From Phyllobates terribilis (taxonomy: Eukaryota): 64,000 bases of DNA. The stretch lies in assembly GCF_046119375.1 (NCBI RefSeq), contig NW_027362764.1, forward strand, positions 166,904,001 to 166,968,000, given 5' to 3'. The stretch's first letter is position 1, and every line of letters starts with the position of its first letter. The notes beneath the pieces are model-generated. The model saw only the letters and a list, made by a program, of their open reading frames with translations. It was not told the origin of the DNA and searched no databases. Made by a program: the position numbers and the translations under genes. Of the stretch, positions 36,432 to 48,990 are shown in pieces.

Positions 36432-36622
36432 ATTCATTCCTCTGAAGTTCAAGTTTAACAGCCATGTTTTGTCTTACCCCTGGTGTAAGGAAGTGGTTTT
36501 CTTCAAAGGCTTTTCTCCTGCTCTGCAATTTGGGACCCTTTGCTTTGTCTGGCCTGAGACGTTAGTGTTTTTGACTAGGATGGCTGGATACCTTTTGGAA
36601 ACAAAGGGCTGGGGGATCAGGA
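36432..36622 (-). pseudogene. HOXA14: HoxA14-like pseudogene exon 2 (homeodomain helices 1-2)
   Basis: Acceptor attctttcag| at 36623, phase 1. Reads QTKQRV(P)[14-nt deletion]QIAEQEK[+1 A]AFEENHFLTPGVRQNMAVKLEL[-1]E. Residues fall in homeodomain register: Q12, E15, E17, F20, N23, F25, L26, T27, R31, L38, L40. Confidence 0.88.
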
Positions 36623-38044
36623 CTGAAAGAATGTGGTATGGTTGAGTAATTATTGTCCCACTAGATGTTATCAAGTGAATTCCCATTTAGATAATACTAA
36701 TTGTACATTAATACTTGCTACACAAGAAAATTATGATCTGACAGCTGCCATTAAATGATTACATACAAATATGAGACCCACAAAGGCAAACTTTTAGACA
36801 GAAGTTTAGATTTTAGTGGAATTTTTCACTATGTGATATTCATATTCCTATACTATCAGATATTGCCCATGTTTCTGTAGGTATCAGGCATTGACTTTTT
36901 TTTATATATATATATAATAAGCATCATAATGTCTTCCTGACACAACAATGCACTTTAAAATCCCAAACTGAGATCAGGCTGAGAAAGGAAAGGGTCAATT
37001 AGATTCAATTCTTTTACCTTCATCCTTCCATTCAAGCAATTCCTTCAATATAAAAAAGCTGTATAAAGCATCCAGACTTTTAATGGGTTTTAATGTAATT
37101 TAAGGCAGAGAAGTGCTTTTAAAATATCAGTAACCAACCATTTCTTTGTGTTCAAGGGCTGCAGCTACCTGATCTAGAATGCTGCAGCCCACATTTCGTG
37201 TCAAGGGTCTCACCATTAGAAGGAACTGGCACACAACCTTATTTTTAGCTATGGTTATCTAATTTCTGCATACACCAGATAGGATTTTGATGCTTCAGCA
37301 CTAAGTTCTATGTCACATGATTTTGGGATTTTGGCTGGAAACCTTACCCTAATTTCAGTTCAATTTATGGAAAGGTGTGATATATTTATATAGTTAAAGA
37401 TGTATGCACACACACAGACATACTATAGTATGTAATAATTCCTACATATGGCGGTCACAATGGAATCTCCTTTATATTAATGTGTTATTATTATCATTCA
37501 GCTTATTCACTAGTAGTTTTATTTACTGATCACACAATTTCAGGACTCTGCTCTTTTATATTATGGAGTCATACTTGGCATAAATATTAATGATAATATT
37601 TCTGTTATTCCTTTATAACCTCATCAATTTATTAAATCACTTAATAACAAGACAAACAATCTAGCTTTGGCTTTGCTGTGGTTTTCAAAATCATTAAATA
37701 GGGGAAATAACTGAATATATTTACAATGGGTAAACAAGTCATAATAATAATAATAACTGTGTATAGAAAACACACGAGGAATCATAAGTTCTGTATCACT
37801 GAGAATAACAATATATAGCATTAGCAAGCAAATGACAGGGCTGTAAAATACTATGAGTTTGTATGTTTCAGGGAAACCTTGTGTATATAGTATATAGTGT
37901 AAATATCTAACTAGAAAAGGGATCAATCATTTGTGTTAACTTGCTCAGAATAATCCCTTTGCATTAATTAGAAATAAATGAAACATCCAGAGAACAACAC
38001 TATTATTTGCTCCCTCAATATTTAAACTAATCCGTGTGTGTGAC

Positions 38045-38420
38045 CTGCTCAGATAGGGAAGGGAGATGTGACAGCTTCTCCTACCTACATATTGTGCATG
38101 TGTGAGGCCTACACATCATTCATCCACAATGGGCTCAAGGAAGACCATGAGGCATCAACTATCTCATAACTGCTATGAGTATGAGTCACCGTCTCTGGGC
38201 ATTTCCTCTGTGCGATCCTCTGCTCTGCGAACAAAAGAATACTTTTCCAAGAGAGGAAACAGTATATAGATAGCCTGATATTACCTAGGCTGGGGCCCGT
38301 CAATGGCACCTAATGCAGAAGATCATATAGTCACAGTGCACACAGTGCACTCAGCAGTTGCTTCTTCTGGAAAAGGGTAAGCAGTGTCATCATCTATGTT
38401 CTGCTCCATACTGATCATAG
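38045..38420 (-). pseudogene. HOXA14: HoxA14-like pseudogene exon 1, 3' part
   Basis: Ordered motifs GPQP..ISGYL (GYL at 38275-38267), SW-x6-W-MND-V-stop (38147-38109) and SPFP followed by G|GT at 38045/38044. These parallel [13 protein letters not shown]-x5-WNGQVY and KSTLPG| in this window's HoxA13 exon 1. The 5' limit is uncertain. Confidence 0.55.
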
Positions 38421-39846
38421 GCATTGTAGAACTAGTGCAGTTGCCTAAACTTTCCACTAGATGTCTTCACAGATAATAGTATTAAATTGATTGTGTAATT
38501 AGCAGATTGGGACTTTAATATGGTGATAATGCTTTTTTTCCAATAATCTTTTCCTATAGACACTACATTCTGTCATGAAAGTTGCTGAAATGTACAAGAT
38601 ATAGCGATATATGGTATTTAGAAGGATGCAAGCTCTGTTATCACATACTATGTGCTTAAATAGCACTGCCTGCTGCATACTCCTTTTGGATTAATGTTTA
38701 ATCTGCTCAAGTCAGGGACACTCTGCTTGTAAATGCATCAACTTTGACATTCATTCTATTTTACTACTGAGGAGAGTTCAAGGTTTTGCTTTCCAGCTAA
38801 ATTCAACATTTTTGTCTGCCATTAGGGAAAGACACAAGTGTATGAACATACACATTAAATNNNNNNNNNNNNNNNNNNNNNNNNNNNNNNNNNNNNNNNN
38901 NNNNNNNNNNNNNNNNNNNNNNNNNNNNNNNNNNNNNNNNNNNNNNNNNNNNNNNNNNNNNNNNNNNNNNNNNNNNNNNNNNNNNNNNNNNNNNNNNNNN
39001 NNNNNNNNNNNNNNNNNNNNNNNNNNNNNNNNNNNNNNNNNNNNNNNNNNNNNNNNNNNNNNNNNNNNNNNNNNNNNNNNNNNNNNNNNNNNNNNNNNGC
39101 AGAAGATGGTGGTTGCTATCAGATATACTTTGATCATTGGCCTTCCTACAAATACATAATTAAGGATTGCAGCGCTCCTGCATTATTCCAGTTAGTATAG
39201 ATTATTCACCCATATGCCATAGGATCTATTTTTATATGATAAAATAATTAACCAGAAAGACATTTTAAGGCCTGTTCACATCACTCTAATAGTGCTTCAT
39301 GCTTTTTTTTTCCCCACTGAACTTGATACATAGAAAGCTTACCGTTTTTAACAGCATGGGTTTAGAAAACTTGTAATATTGGATCCTGATACAAATGGTG
39401 ACAACTATATTAAGAATATTTTTTACACCTCATATCAATGATTGAGATGCATTAATATTGTTTAGAGAACATACCTGTCAGAGTAACCAGGGAGAGCTGT
39501 CACCAACCTGTTCTCTAAGGGAATAATGACATCTCAGAATCCATTACGAACCAAAAGTGGCAAAAACGCCCGTTTTTTTTATATAACTAATACAAAGTTT
39601 TTCTGTCCTTTGGGGTTTGTGTCTATTTAAATCAATGGGAGGATCAGATGGAAAGGATATGTCTCTGTAACCAGATAACCCAGACTGATCGGAATCGCTC
39701 TTTCTATTATTACTTTTGAGTGACAGCCATTTTAAGGGATTAAATATCTAATGAATTAAAAATATAATTTGCTAATAATGTTTATCCATATATTATATAT
39801 CCTTTATCTATATAAAATATAGTTATATTATATTTATATACACACA

Positions 39847-39893
<47 letters not shown>

Positions 39894-40336
39894 TTATCTA
39901 TCTATCATCATAAAAAAAAACAATTGAAACTACCTCCGTTAATATTTATTTACTTTTTACATTCTTATTCTGCATGGAGCGATAGAGACAATGCCTTGCA
40001 CCCTCCACAAATGCTATAACTGAGTTAATCTTTACATGCAATTACTGGAATTACAGAAAATATAATGGAGTACAGAAAGGAAGACGTCACTACTAAAATC
40101 TTCAAAAATATGATAAATAAAATCAGAAAATTCAGTAAACAAATGCATTAATAAACTACAACATTATGTATCAGAATTACAGTAAAGAAGTTCATAGTTC
40201 TACACATATATCTAAATAAATTCCTAATGACGCGACATGGATCTGTGGTCCATGAAAATACATCTGGATGTCTCCTAAGAAACTCTATTTATAAATCACA
40301 ATAATTGTAAGGGTTAAATATTTCATAGAGTTCAAT

Positions 40337-40422
40337 CTATCTATCTATCTATCTATCTATCTATTATCTGTATATTTATTTTTTATCTATCTATTTATTA
40401 TATATATACCTACCTATTATCT

Positions 40423-40470
<48 letters not shown>

Positions 40471-40698
40471 CCTATCTATTATCTGTCTATCTATTATTTA
40501 TCTATCTATTTATTATATATATATATACCTACCTATTATCTATCTATTATCTATCTATTATCTATCTATCTATTATCTGTCTATCTATTATTTATCTATC
40601 TATTTATTATATATATATACCTACCTATTATCTATCTATCTATCTATCTATTATCTGTCTATCTATTATTTATCTATCTATTATATATATATACCTAC

Positions 40699-40729
<31 letters not shown>

Positions 40730-40740
40730 TTATCTATCTA
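40337..40740. repeat. Higher-order TATC/TA compound repeat
   Basis: The block tatttattatatatatatacctacctattatctatc recurs about four times. Confidence 0.85.
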
Positions 40741-43375
40741 CGATCTTTAATCTTTCTAGGATATGCTATGGACATACAGTTGTGTAGATAATCTGCTTTA
40801 TATTAGATGTTGGGTGACAGTAATGTTATTATTAATAAAATGCATTATTTATCTTAAGATGACCTATGTGGGTATCAATTTCTATTCATCCTATAGTAAT
40901 TACGAAGCCGAGAAACAGTTCAAACTGATTAAGATACAGGTGATGATATAGGCATGCCAGTAAATACATGACCTGGCTCAGCTCTGCACCTCATATCTCT
41001 CTGCTGTTAAGTAGACGAAGAAGACATCTATCTGATGGTACATATGTGTCTACAGAACTTAGCTCCTTCATATTTGACCTATTTTTTGTGGAGTTTCCCT
41101 GGTAGCACATTATTTATTTTTAAATGGAGAACAGATATTTCTTGTTTGGCAACTTTTAAGATAGAAGATTAGATCTCATTCTCCTTAACCATGTCACTGT
41201 AACCCGAGCATCTCTTTGGGAAGGTCACATTGCTCACCGTTAATATTTCCAAATGTAGTAACCTATTGTAAATAACCAAAGTCACCAGAATGTCCCAAAC
41301 CTGTGTCACTCTGTACCAATCATTCTGCTTCTCAAGATTGACTGAGGTTGTATGGATCATAATCCTTTTTTATTAATAAAAAGCTGAATCTGGATGACCA
41401 GCTATAAGTATAACCACTGGTTTGTAAATGGGGGAACAATGATAATACATATTAATACATAAATATTACACATTAAAACATATACACATAATACATAGAT
41501 AAATAACACATGATCAATACAAATAACAAAACACTCTATTCATATTATACATCGTAATTAAATGTACAATTGTGTAGACTTTGAAGATTTCTGTGCTCCT
41601 TAACTTCATCATCAGTGATAATAAGTACACAGAGGAGTATATTTTATTCTATTCTATATTTTTCATTAATTTTGATAGTTTTGGTCATATATGAAATGTG
41701 GTGAAATACAACAATGGAGTAAATTAGTTCCAAAACCTGGCAATCTGCTAGTTTGTCATATTTGACAGAATATGCCTTTACATCAGATACAAATAACTTT
41801 GGCATTATTTCACACAGGGACATGGGTAAACAGTCCCTCTATGGTCCCTTTATGGTGAAATATGTAATATTTTTTGACAACATAAAATGTTATTTTGAAA
41901 ATTCAGCTTTTATTATCATAATCACATTTTTTTCCCCAATAAGGTTAAATCTTCATGTCTACAATACACAGTCTGGTTAGAAACTTTCACACTTGTGTTT
42001 ATATTTTTGTTTGCATGTTTTCTTTGTGCAAAACTCATTCAAAGTAAGAATTTAACTGGTTTCTAAAAATAAAAATAAAAATACCGATAAAAACTGACAT
42101 GTTAACAGCATTTTAGATTTAATCCTATTTTTTAAAACTCCAAATTGCATGAGATATTTTTGTTTACATTTCTTATATTTACATTTATATTTTTGCAAAA
42201 TAAACAAACAAACAAACCAATGAACAATTACAGATCAAACAGATTTATTTTGTTTCTAGGAAACTTAGGCCTTAAGCACATTACCTTGTGGGTAATAGTT
42301 TACTATACAGAGCTAAACAGACATGAAATGTACAGTGGATGGTTTTGTCTTCATCTAGCTCAGTATTTATATTAGTATTTTGTACTGTTCTTTCGCATCT
42401 GTTCATTTTAATCAATACTTTTTCACATAAACTCAAATACAAGTAAATATTTCCGAAGATCATTCAAACAAGTGTAAATTTGATATAGTTATGAGATGCC
42501 TTCTTTTCATCTGTCATTGAATTCTATAAACAGATTTTTGCTTTCATACCTCACTCATATACTGATTTATGTGAACAATATATACTGCTGTTGAAACACA
42601 TGCATTACTCAGATATAAAAGAAAAAATGTGCATGAGGCCTTATCTTATGCTACCTGCATTGGCCAAAAAATGCCACTATGAACAGTATCAATGCTTTTT
42701 CACTTTGGGGGGCAATTTTGCTTATTTAAATACATGTAATTGGAGCTAAAATCGCTTTTGGAATTGGGTTAAGGTAAAAAAAAAAAATGCAATGCTTGTT
42801 TTCTATAGCCTCTGTGTTGCTAAAGTGCTGGCGGAAAAATGAGTTAACTGAGAATCAGCTTGTTATGATGGTATGATGGGACACATGTAACTCCTTTATC
42901 TATCTTTTTCTGAGCTCCTCTCAGCTGATTTATGACCAGAGTTCACCTTAAGTTTGAATGTGTAGGTAAAGAGAGTCTTTAACTTCCCCCACACAAAATT
43001 GAATGAAACCCAATAGCAAAAATTTTTTTTTTTGTATTTCGTGAAAAAAAAAAAAAAAAAATCCCTGATTGAATTTATGTATTTTGAATGGGATCCATCA
43101 AATTATTCTCATCTTTATGTTTTTTTTTTTTCACAACACATTTGAAAAAATATAATGTAAGCATTAATAACAAAGCCTTCATAAGGATATAAATATTATT
43201 GTTCAGCCCCAAAAAGTATGCTTTTAACACAAGCACAATAGTATAAATGTATTATGATGTATATGAAATAATAATAATAATGATGATGTATTTATACAGT
43301 ATTTTTTATGACTCCATAGAAATGGATTTCCAGAAAAAATGCACAATTATAGTAAAATAAATGCTAAAATAGCTA

Positions 43376-43956
43376 TAAACATTTTATCCAATAGTATTTT
43401 TTTCATTGCAGCTAAAGAAGTTAAAAATAATATAAAAGAAAGTAAAAACTGATAAAGCAGATGAAGTACAAAAATTCGAAAGATAAATAAGCATAGTAAC
43501 TCATAGTACAAGCATATGAACAATAGTCCTATCAACATGATCTGCTTTGTGCATAAATAATCAATTAGCTAATCAATAGATACAACATGCCTCTTACAGA
43601 GGCTACGTTTACATAAGCGTTTTTCTTTTTTGTCTACGTGTTCTCTGTGTGATAAACGGACAGCACAAGGACAGCACAGGGACAGCACAGGGACAGCACA
43701 GGGACAGCACAGGGACAGCACAAGGACAGCACAGGGACAGCACAAGGACAGCACAAGGACAGCACAGGGACAGCACAAGGACAGCACAGGGACAGCACAG
43801 GGACAGCACAAGGACAGCACAGGGACAGCACAGGGACAGCACAAGGACAGCACAGGGACAGCACAAGGACAACACAGAGACACATGTGAATCAATGTGCT
43901 AGTTCTCACAAATGCTTTCCTACAAGGATTGCTAGACTGTGCCCCCAAAAAAATTG
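43376..43956 (+). repeat. Local direct duplication, copy 1 (contains an 11-bp GACAGCACAGG/AAG array at about 43659-43875)
   Basis: Starts taaacattttatccaatag and ends tagactgtgccc..aaattg. Matches 44569-45009 with substitutions and small indels. Confidence 0.9.
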
Positions 43957-43968
43957 GATCAGGTTATT

Positions 43969-44011
43969 CCCCTTGAAGAAGGTGCTGTGAGCACCGAAAC
44001 GTGCGTAGGGG
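43969..44011 (+). ncRNA. Minimal type I hammerhead ribozyme motif (Penelope-like element type)
   Basis: CCCC-UUGAAGA-A-GGUGCU/GUG/AGCACC-GAAAC-GUGC-GUA^-GGGG. Stem I 4 bp, stem II 6 bp, self-complementary stem III ACGUGCGU. AATAAA follows at 44440. Confidence 0.65.
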
Positions 44012-44568
44012 CACAGAACCAGGTGGTGTGGCACATAGGGAAGGTAATTATCATGCTGACATTGTGACTATTCATGACTATCTGTCTTTGCTATCACTTG
44101 CATGTAATTACAGGGATGACAGGTGATTTGTACATATATTTCCTATGTCACAGGTGGTGTCTCAGCGATATGATCTCAATATCCATAATTGAACCTGAAG
44201 ACAAGGATGTATACTAGAGATCCTTTTGCTTGACTCCACATGCAATTATGGAAACTACTTATATAGAAATTCATTTACATTACTGATCTGCGCCCTTCTT
44301 CCTAGTTGGTCCCGGCATCGCATTTATTGTGAGCCTATATCTAAAATTTTGTATTAATATCAAGGAGGAATTGTTCCCTTTGGGTCATTGCTATTGCGCA
44401 CATCCCTCTTTTTAATAGATGTTTGTATGTTTATTGCTTAATAAACTGATATTTCTATTTTTCATGACAAATTGTTTGTATCTTTTTATGACTCAATGGT
44501 GCTTTGTAGGATTTATATCTGAGTCTTGATCAATATTAAATTGTGCTGCCCAGAATTTCTTTTCTTTC

Positions 44569-45009
44569 TAAACATTTTATCCAATAGTATTTTTTCATTG
44601 CAGTTAAAGAAGATGCAAATAATATAAAAGAAAGTAAAACCTGATAAAGCAGATGAAGTGCAAAAATTCTAAAGATAAATAAGCATAGTATAAGCATATG
44701 AACAATCGTCCTATCAACATGATCTGTTTATCAATTAGCTAATCAATAGATACAACATGCCTCTTACAGAGGCTACGTTTAAATTTTTCTTTTTTGTCTA
44801 TGTGTTCTCTGTGTGATAAATGGACAGCACAGGGACAGCACAGGGACAGCACAAAGACAGCACAGGGACAGCACAGGGACAGCACAGGGACAGCACGGGG
44901 ACAGCACAGGGACAGCACAAGGACAGCACAGGGACAGCACAAGGATAGCACAGGGACAGCACAAGGATAGCACAGAGACACATGTTAGACTGTGCCCAAA
45001 AAAAAATTG
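44569..45009 (+). repeat. Local direct duplication, copy 2 (11-bp array at about 44822-44975)
   Basis: Same termini as copy 1, with a shorter array and several internal deletions. Confidence 0.9.
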
Positions 45010-47618
45010 CAACATACACTAGTCTCTTCCATTTTTCAGATTAGACTTGGACATTGAATTCAATGAGTAAATTACAAAAAATAAATAAAACAATGTCATA
45101 CTGACACCGTCCATATTGCTCCATTTTTAATTAAGTCATAGCAGTGAATACATAACAAATTAAATTGGGCCTTTTAATATTTTTTTTAATGTTAAAAAAG
45201 GCTATTATGTAGATTACATAGAAGTAGGATAAAAGGACGCGTAGACCACAACATGGATGAAATGTCGTCCGTTTTTCTGGATGTAAAAACGGCTGATGTT
45301 TAATACACTCGTACAAACCATACACTTAACCACTGGAATATTTAGATATAAAGGCTACAACAAATCTATTTTTTTTAAAATAATAATTAAGGGAAGGGGG
45401 TCGGTGGTACCGGCCTTCATTAAAGAGACCGGACTACGTATGCAGACTTATTTTTAAGGCAAGACTTCATGGGAAACAAATACACAAAGTAATTAATAAA
45501 TATGGCATATATTGCTTCCAAACATGCTTTTTTTTACTTTTTATTTGCCTGAATTCTTCATGTTGTTAATTTTTTTCATGTTTTTTTTATAAAACGTCTA
45601 AAAGCGTATAATGTAGAGAATAATATACACATTATTTACATGTCTGTGATAATATAAAGAAATTTAAATTCATTTATATTTTTATTGAACTTAGATCTCT
45701 TTAATATCTCTTTGGATGTGTAGTGACCAGTATTTTTTTTTGTTACTTTTGCCTCTTTTTGTTCTATATTTTATGTTATCAGCATAACTAAATGAGGCCT
45801 TGTTCGCTGAAGTTAACATTTATATATTAGCACATTTAAGTTATGTGAAAGCACGTTCTGGGGCAATTTCACGAAACAAATTAATTTTATATTTACATTT
45901 TTTTAATTTTTAGCTGGTCATGAAAAAAAAGCCAAACTTTAGTAAAATAGTAGTTATTATGGTTCTAGGTATACCACATATGTGTTTATTTATTAACTTT
46001 TTATAATGGCTTTTTAACATTTGCTTTTCTCTTGTTTTATTTGTTTCCTATTTACACTATTTATAAACTTTTACTTTTGATCTCACTCTCTCTTTATTTT
46101 TTTTTAAACCATAATGTACTGGCCTATCTCTAAATACCAGTACCACAGTACAATATGTCAGTGCAAAGTATATCTGGGAATAACATTTAATTAATTATTA
46201 TGAACATATCTTAGTATCACCTGGAAGGCCCTCTAATGGACTCATTATGATGTCAACCTTGAGTTTGATAATTAAAAATCATAGAACGTAATTCTATTTG
46301 ACGACTGTGATAATTATTATTCGAGGCTTCTCTAATGCTGACCAATGTAATATGCATGGAGCTGGTTGCACAGATACAACTACGGATCCAGGACATGCAT
46401 GTATGCCATGATGCAGGAAATTAGTCTAGCTTTTGACATATGTGTATGTCTAGAATACAGTAGAATGGGAGAATAACGTAATATTCCTGGGCACTAGCAT
46501 TTTTCACAATTTTTTTTATGATCTTGCAGTTTAGTACAGTTCACCTTTCATGTTTTCAAATTCCTAATTGTACTGGCCTTGTAGCATTACTGAAAAAAAT
46601 CTATCGCACTTGGTCATTGATCTAATACCATGTCATATCCAGTAAATCACAAATTAAGCACACATAAGGTTTTATCTGCTCTCAAGAAAGGTACAGCCTG
46701 GTATCAAATTCATATAAAAAGTGTTGTAAAGGCATAGTTATAAGTAGATTAAAAAGGGACAGATCTGATTACATTGTGTGCACTATCAAGACAAGAATGG
46801 ACACAGGAAACATAAAAAAAATATTATTAAGGTCTCAGAATGACTAAAAAGGTAACACTCTCAGCAATACGAGCAGCTTGCATTATGACCCCAAGTCTTT
46901 CAAAGCTTTCTTCCTCCTCATCTCATCCCGACAAGCCAACAATAGCTGGGAAGCCCCCTCAGCCAATAAATGGCTGGGGCAGGTCACTGAGTTGGCCAGA
47001 AACTGTCTGAGTGGCCATTTATGGTGCATTAAGGTCAAACCAGATAATCGGGGCTATTAAGGACCGATAGGCTTTGTGAACTGTGGAGCATCAATGAGAT
47101 TGAGTATTACTTCTTTCATATTTTCAAAGCCAGGATAATCAATTCAATAATATTTTCTTAAAATATTTTCACATTGCCAATCAATACAACCATGTAGCAC
47201 CACTATAAACTTATCCTAACATTGCAAAATTTATATAACCATATAGTGTAAACTGAAGCATCCAAATAATACACCCACGATGCGCACATAATACCACTTC
47301 AGAGCTCCCAAATATTATGTTATTTCGAAAACAACTTAATGTTTCCATGTACTACCTGCATAATTCTGTAAGACAAACAATACCATCACATATTTATACT
47401 CTCAGCTGATTTTTGCTACCTCATCTGAGAGCATCATAATGTACGCAAAGAGAAGTTGAATCTAATGAGGTATCACTTAGTTTACTGGGTGCAGCAGTTG
47501 TGACATAATCAGAGCTTTTAGATTTAGCAATACAGCGGAGCTGAGGAAGCTAACCCCACCCACACCAGGCTCTCCATATACAATGTATATAGACAGTGAG
47601 CTGCTTATCGCAGGAGGG

Positions 47619-47669
<51 letters not shown>

Positions 47670-48449
47670 CTTATATAAGGTATGTGCATATATAATGTGT
47701 GTATATACTGTATGTATACATTGTGAGAGGGTAAATATGAATGTTATGCACATATAATGAACTCATATGTGTTTATATGTATTTACACTTAGCAAAGACT
47801 AGTTCCAGCAGACTGAGCCAATCAGATTTTGTATGTAATTTTGTAATGGTTGCACTAAAACCACGTTACTGTCAGGCATACTAGATGTTTCCCTGTAGGG
47901 TAAAAATTAGCAGACAGTTTTACACCAATGTGAAAATTCCTACTTTCTCAAGACCATCAGTCAGTGTGTAGAACTGTAGCAAGATCCCGAGTGTCTATCG
48001 TGCCCTGCTGAAAGGTTAGGTACTAGAGATAACTGAATCTTTTGAAATTCAAGTTTGACAGGTTTGGTGAAATTTTCCCCAAAATTAAATTCCCTGCAAA
48101 TCACAGGAACTCTAATTGCCCTGAAAAGATGTGTACGCTCTCCCATGACTATATCCAGCTCATTTCAATCTCTTTAATGCAAACACACTTAGTAATGTCA
48201 AAGTGACCTCACCATAGCAACATATTGCAACCAGGTAGCAACCAACAGCCCATTTATTAACACAGGATATTATTCTTTTTTTTCATGTTTATTTTTATTA
48301 AAACAGTCCAAAAAATAACCATCCTTAGTCATTTGTGAATAGGCCAACCATTCTGTGCAGAACACTGACTCAAACTGACAGTATCATTATCAGAGGTACT
48401 ATTATTCTGCTGTGACTGATATGAGTAATGTGCTGGGATCAGAATTAAT

Positions 48450-48592
48450 TTAGGGGTCTTGTTTGGGGTCTGAATTTTTTCATGTGTTTGTTCTGGAGTC
48501 TAAATTTAGCTAGGGTTCTGATCTGAGATGTAAATTCATTTAAGGGTCTGACCTGGAGTCTGAATTCATTTTGAAGTCTGATCTGGAGTATT
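48450..48592. repeat. Degenerate ~30-bp tandem repeat
   Basis: About 4 copies of gggtctgatctggagtctgaattcattt-like units. Confidence 0.6.
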
Positions 48593-48990
48593 GATTAGAA
48601 TTACAAGAGGAAAATGACGATCAAATGATCCCCATAATTATAGGATATCGTATAAAAATAGAATCTTTATTGAAGTAGTATTAAAAAGGAATCACACGAG
48701 GTGAAAATAGAACCAGTGGCAACAAGCATGACGTGCAAATGACAGAAGGACACGCTGCTCATACATAGAGGATGTACAGGATTGATATATTATGCATATC
48801 ATTATGTGTACAGCAAAACATAATATAGTCCACATGCTCACTACATTATAATTGGTGGACAGTTAATGCTATATAGAAAGGTAAAATTAATACAGACACT
48901 AATAATTAATACAATAGACCTTTGCTGTATACTGAATACATGCTGTAGTGAGACTGTGAGGTCACTGAACTCTCTGGGTGGGCGCGTGTC

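Larger units (their letters stand above)
35668..38420 (-). pseudogene. HOXA14: Probable HoxA14 pseudogene (three decayed exons, homeobox split by an intron)
   Basis: Colinear remnants of an Abd-B exon 1 (about 38420-38045), homeodomain residues 1-42 (36551-36440) and residues 45-51 after a canonical acceptor (35793). Same strand as HoxA13 and directly 5' of it. Multiple frameshifts and stops. Confidence 0.82.

Noticed and set aside
36235-36686. Reading the homeobox remnant as a HoxA13 duplicate, a Hox12 gene or a functional gene
   Set aside because: The residues (AFEENxFLTPxVRQN...KL.L) differ from Hox13 and the homeobox is split after codon ~44. Three frameshifts rule out a functional protein in this assembly.
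28-39159. ORFs containing runs of X
   Set aside because: They are open only because they cross N-gaps, mostly flanked by microsatellites.
43569-45022. CCPCAVPVLSL / QGQHRDSTGTA repeat ORFs
   Set aside because: Products of the 11-bp minisatellite in all frames.
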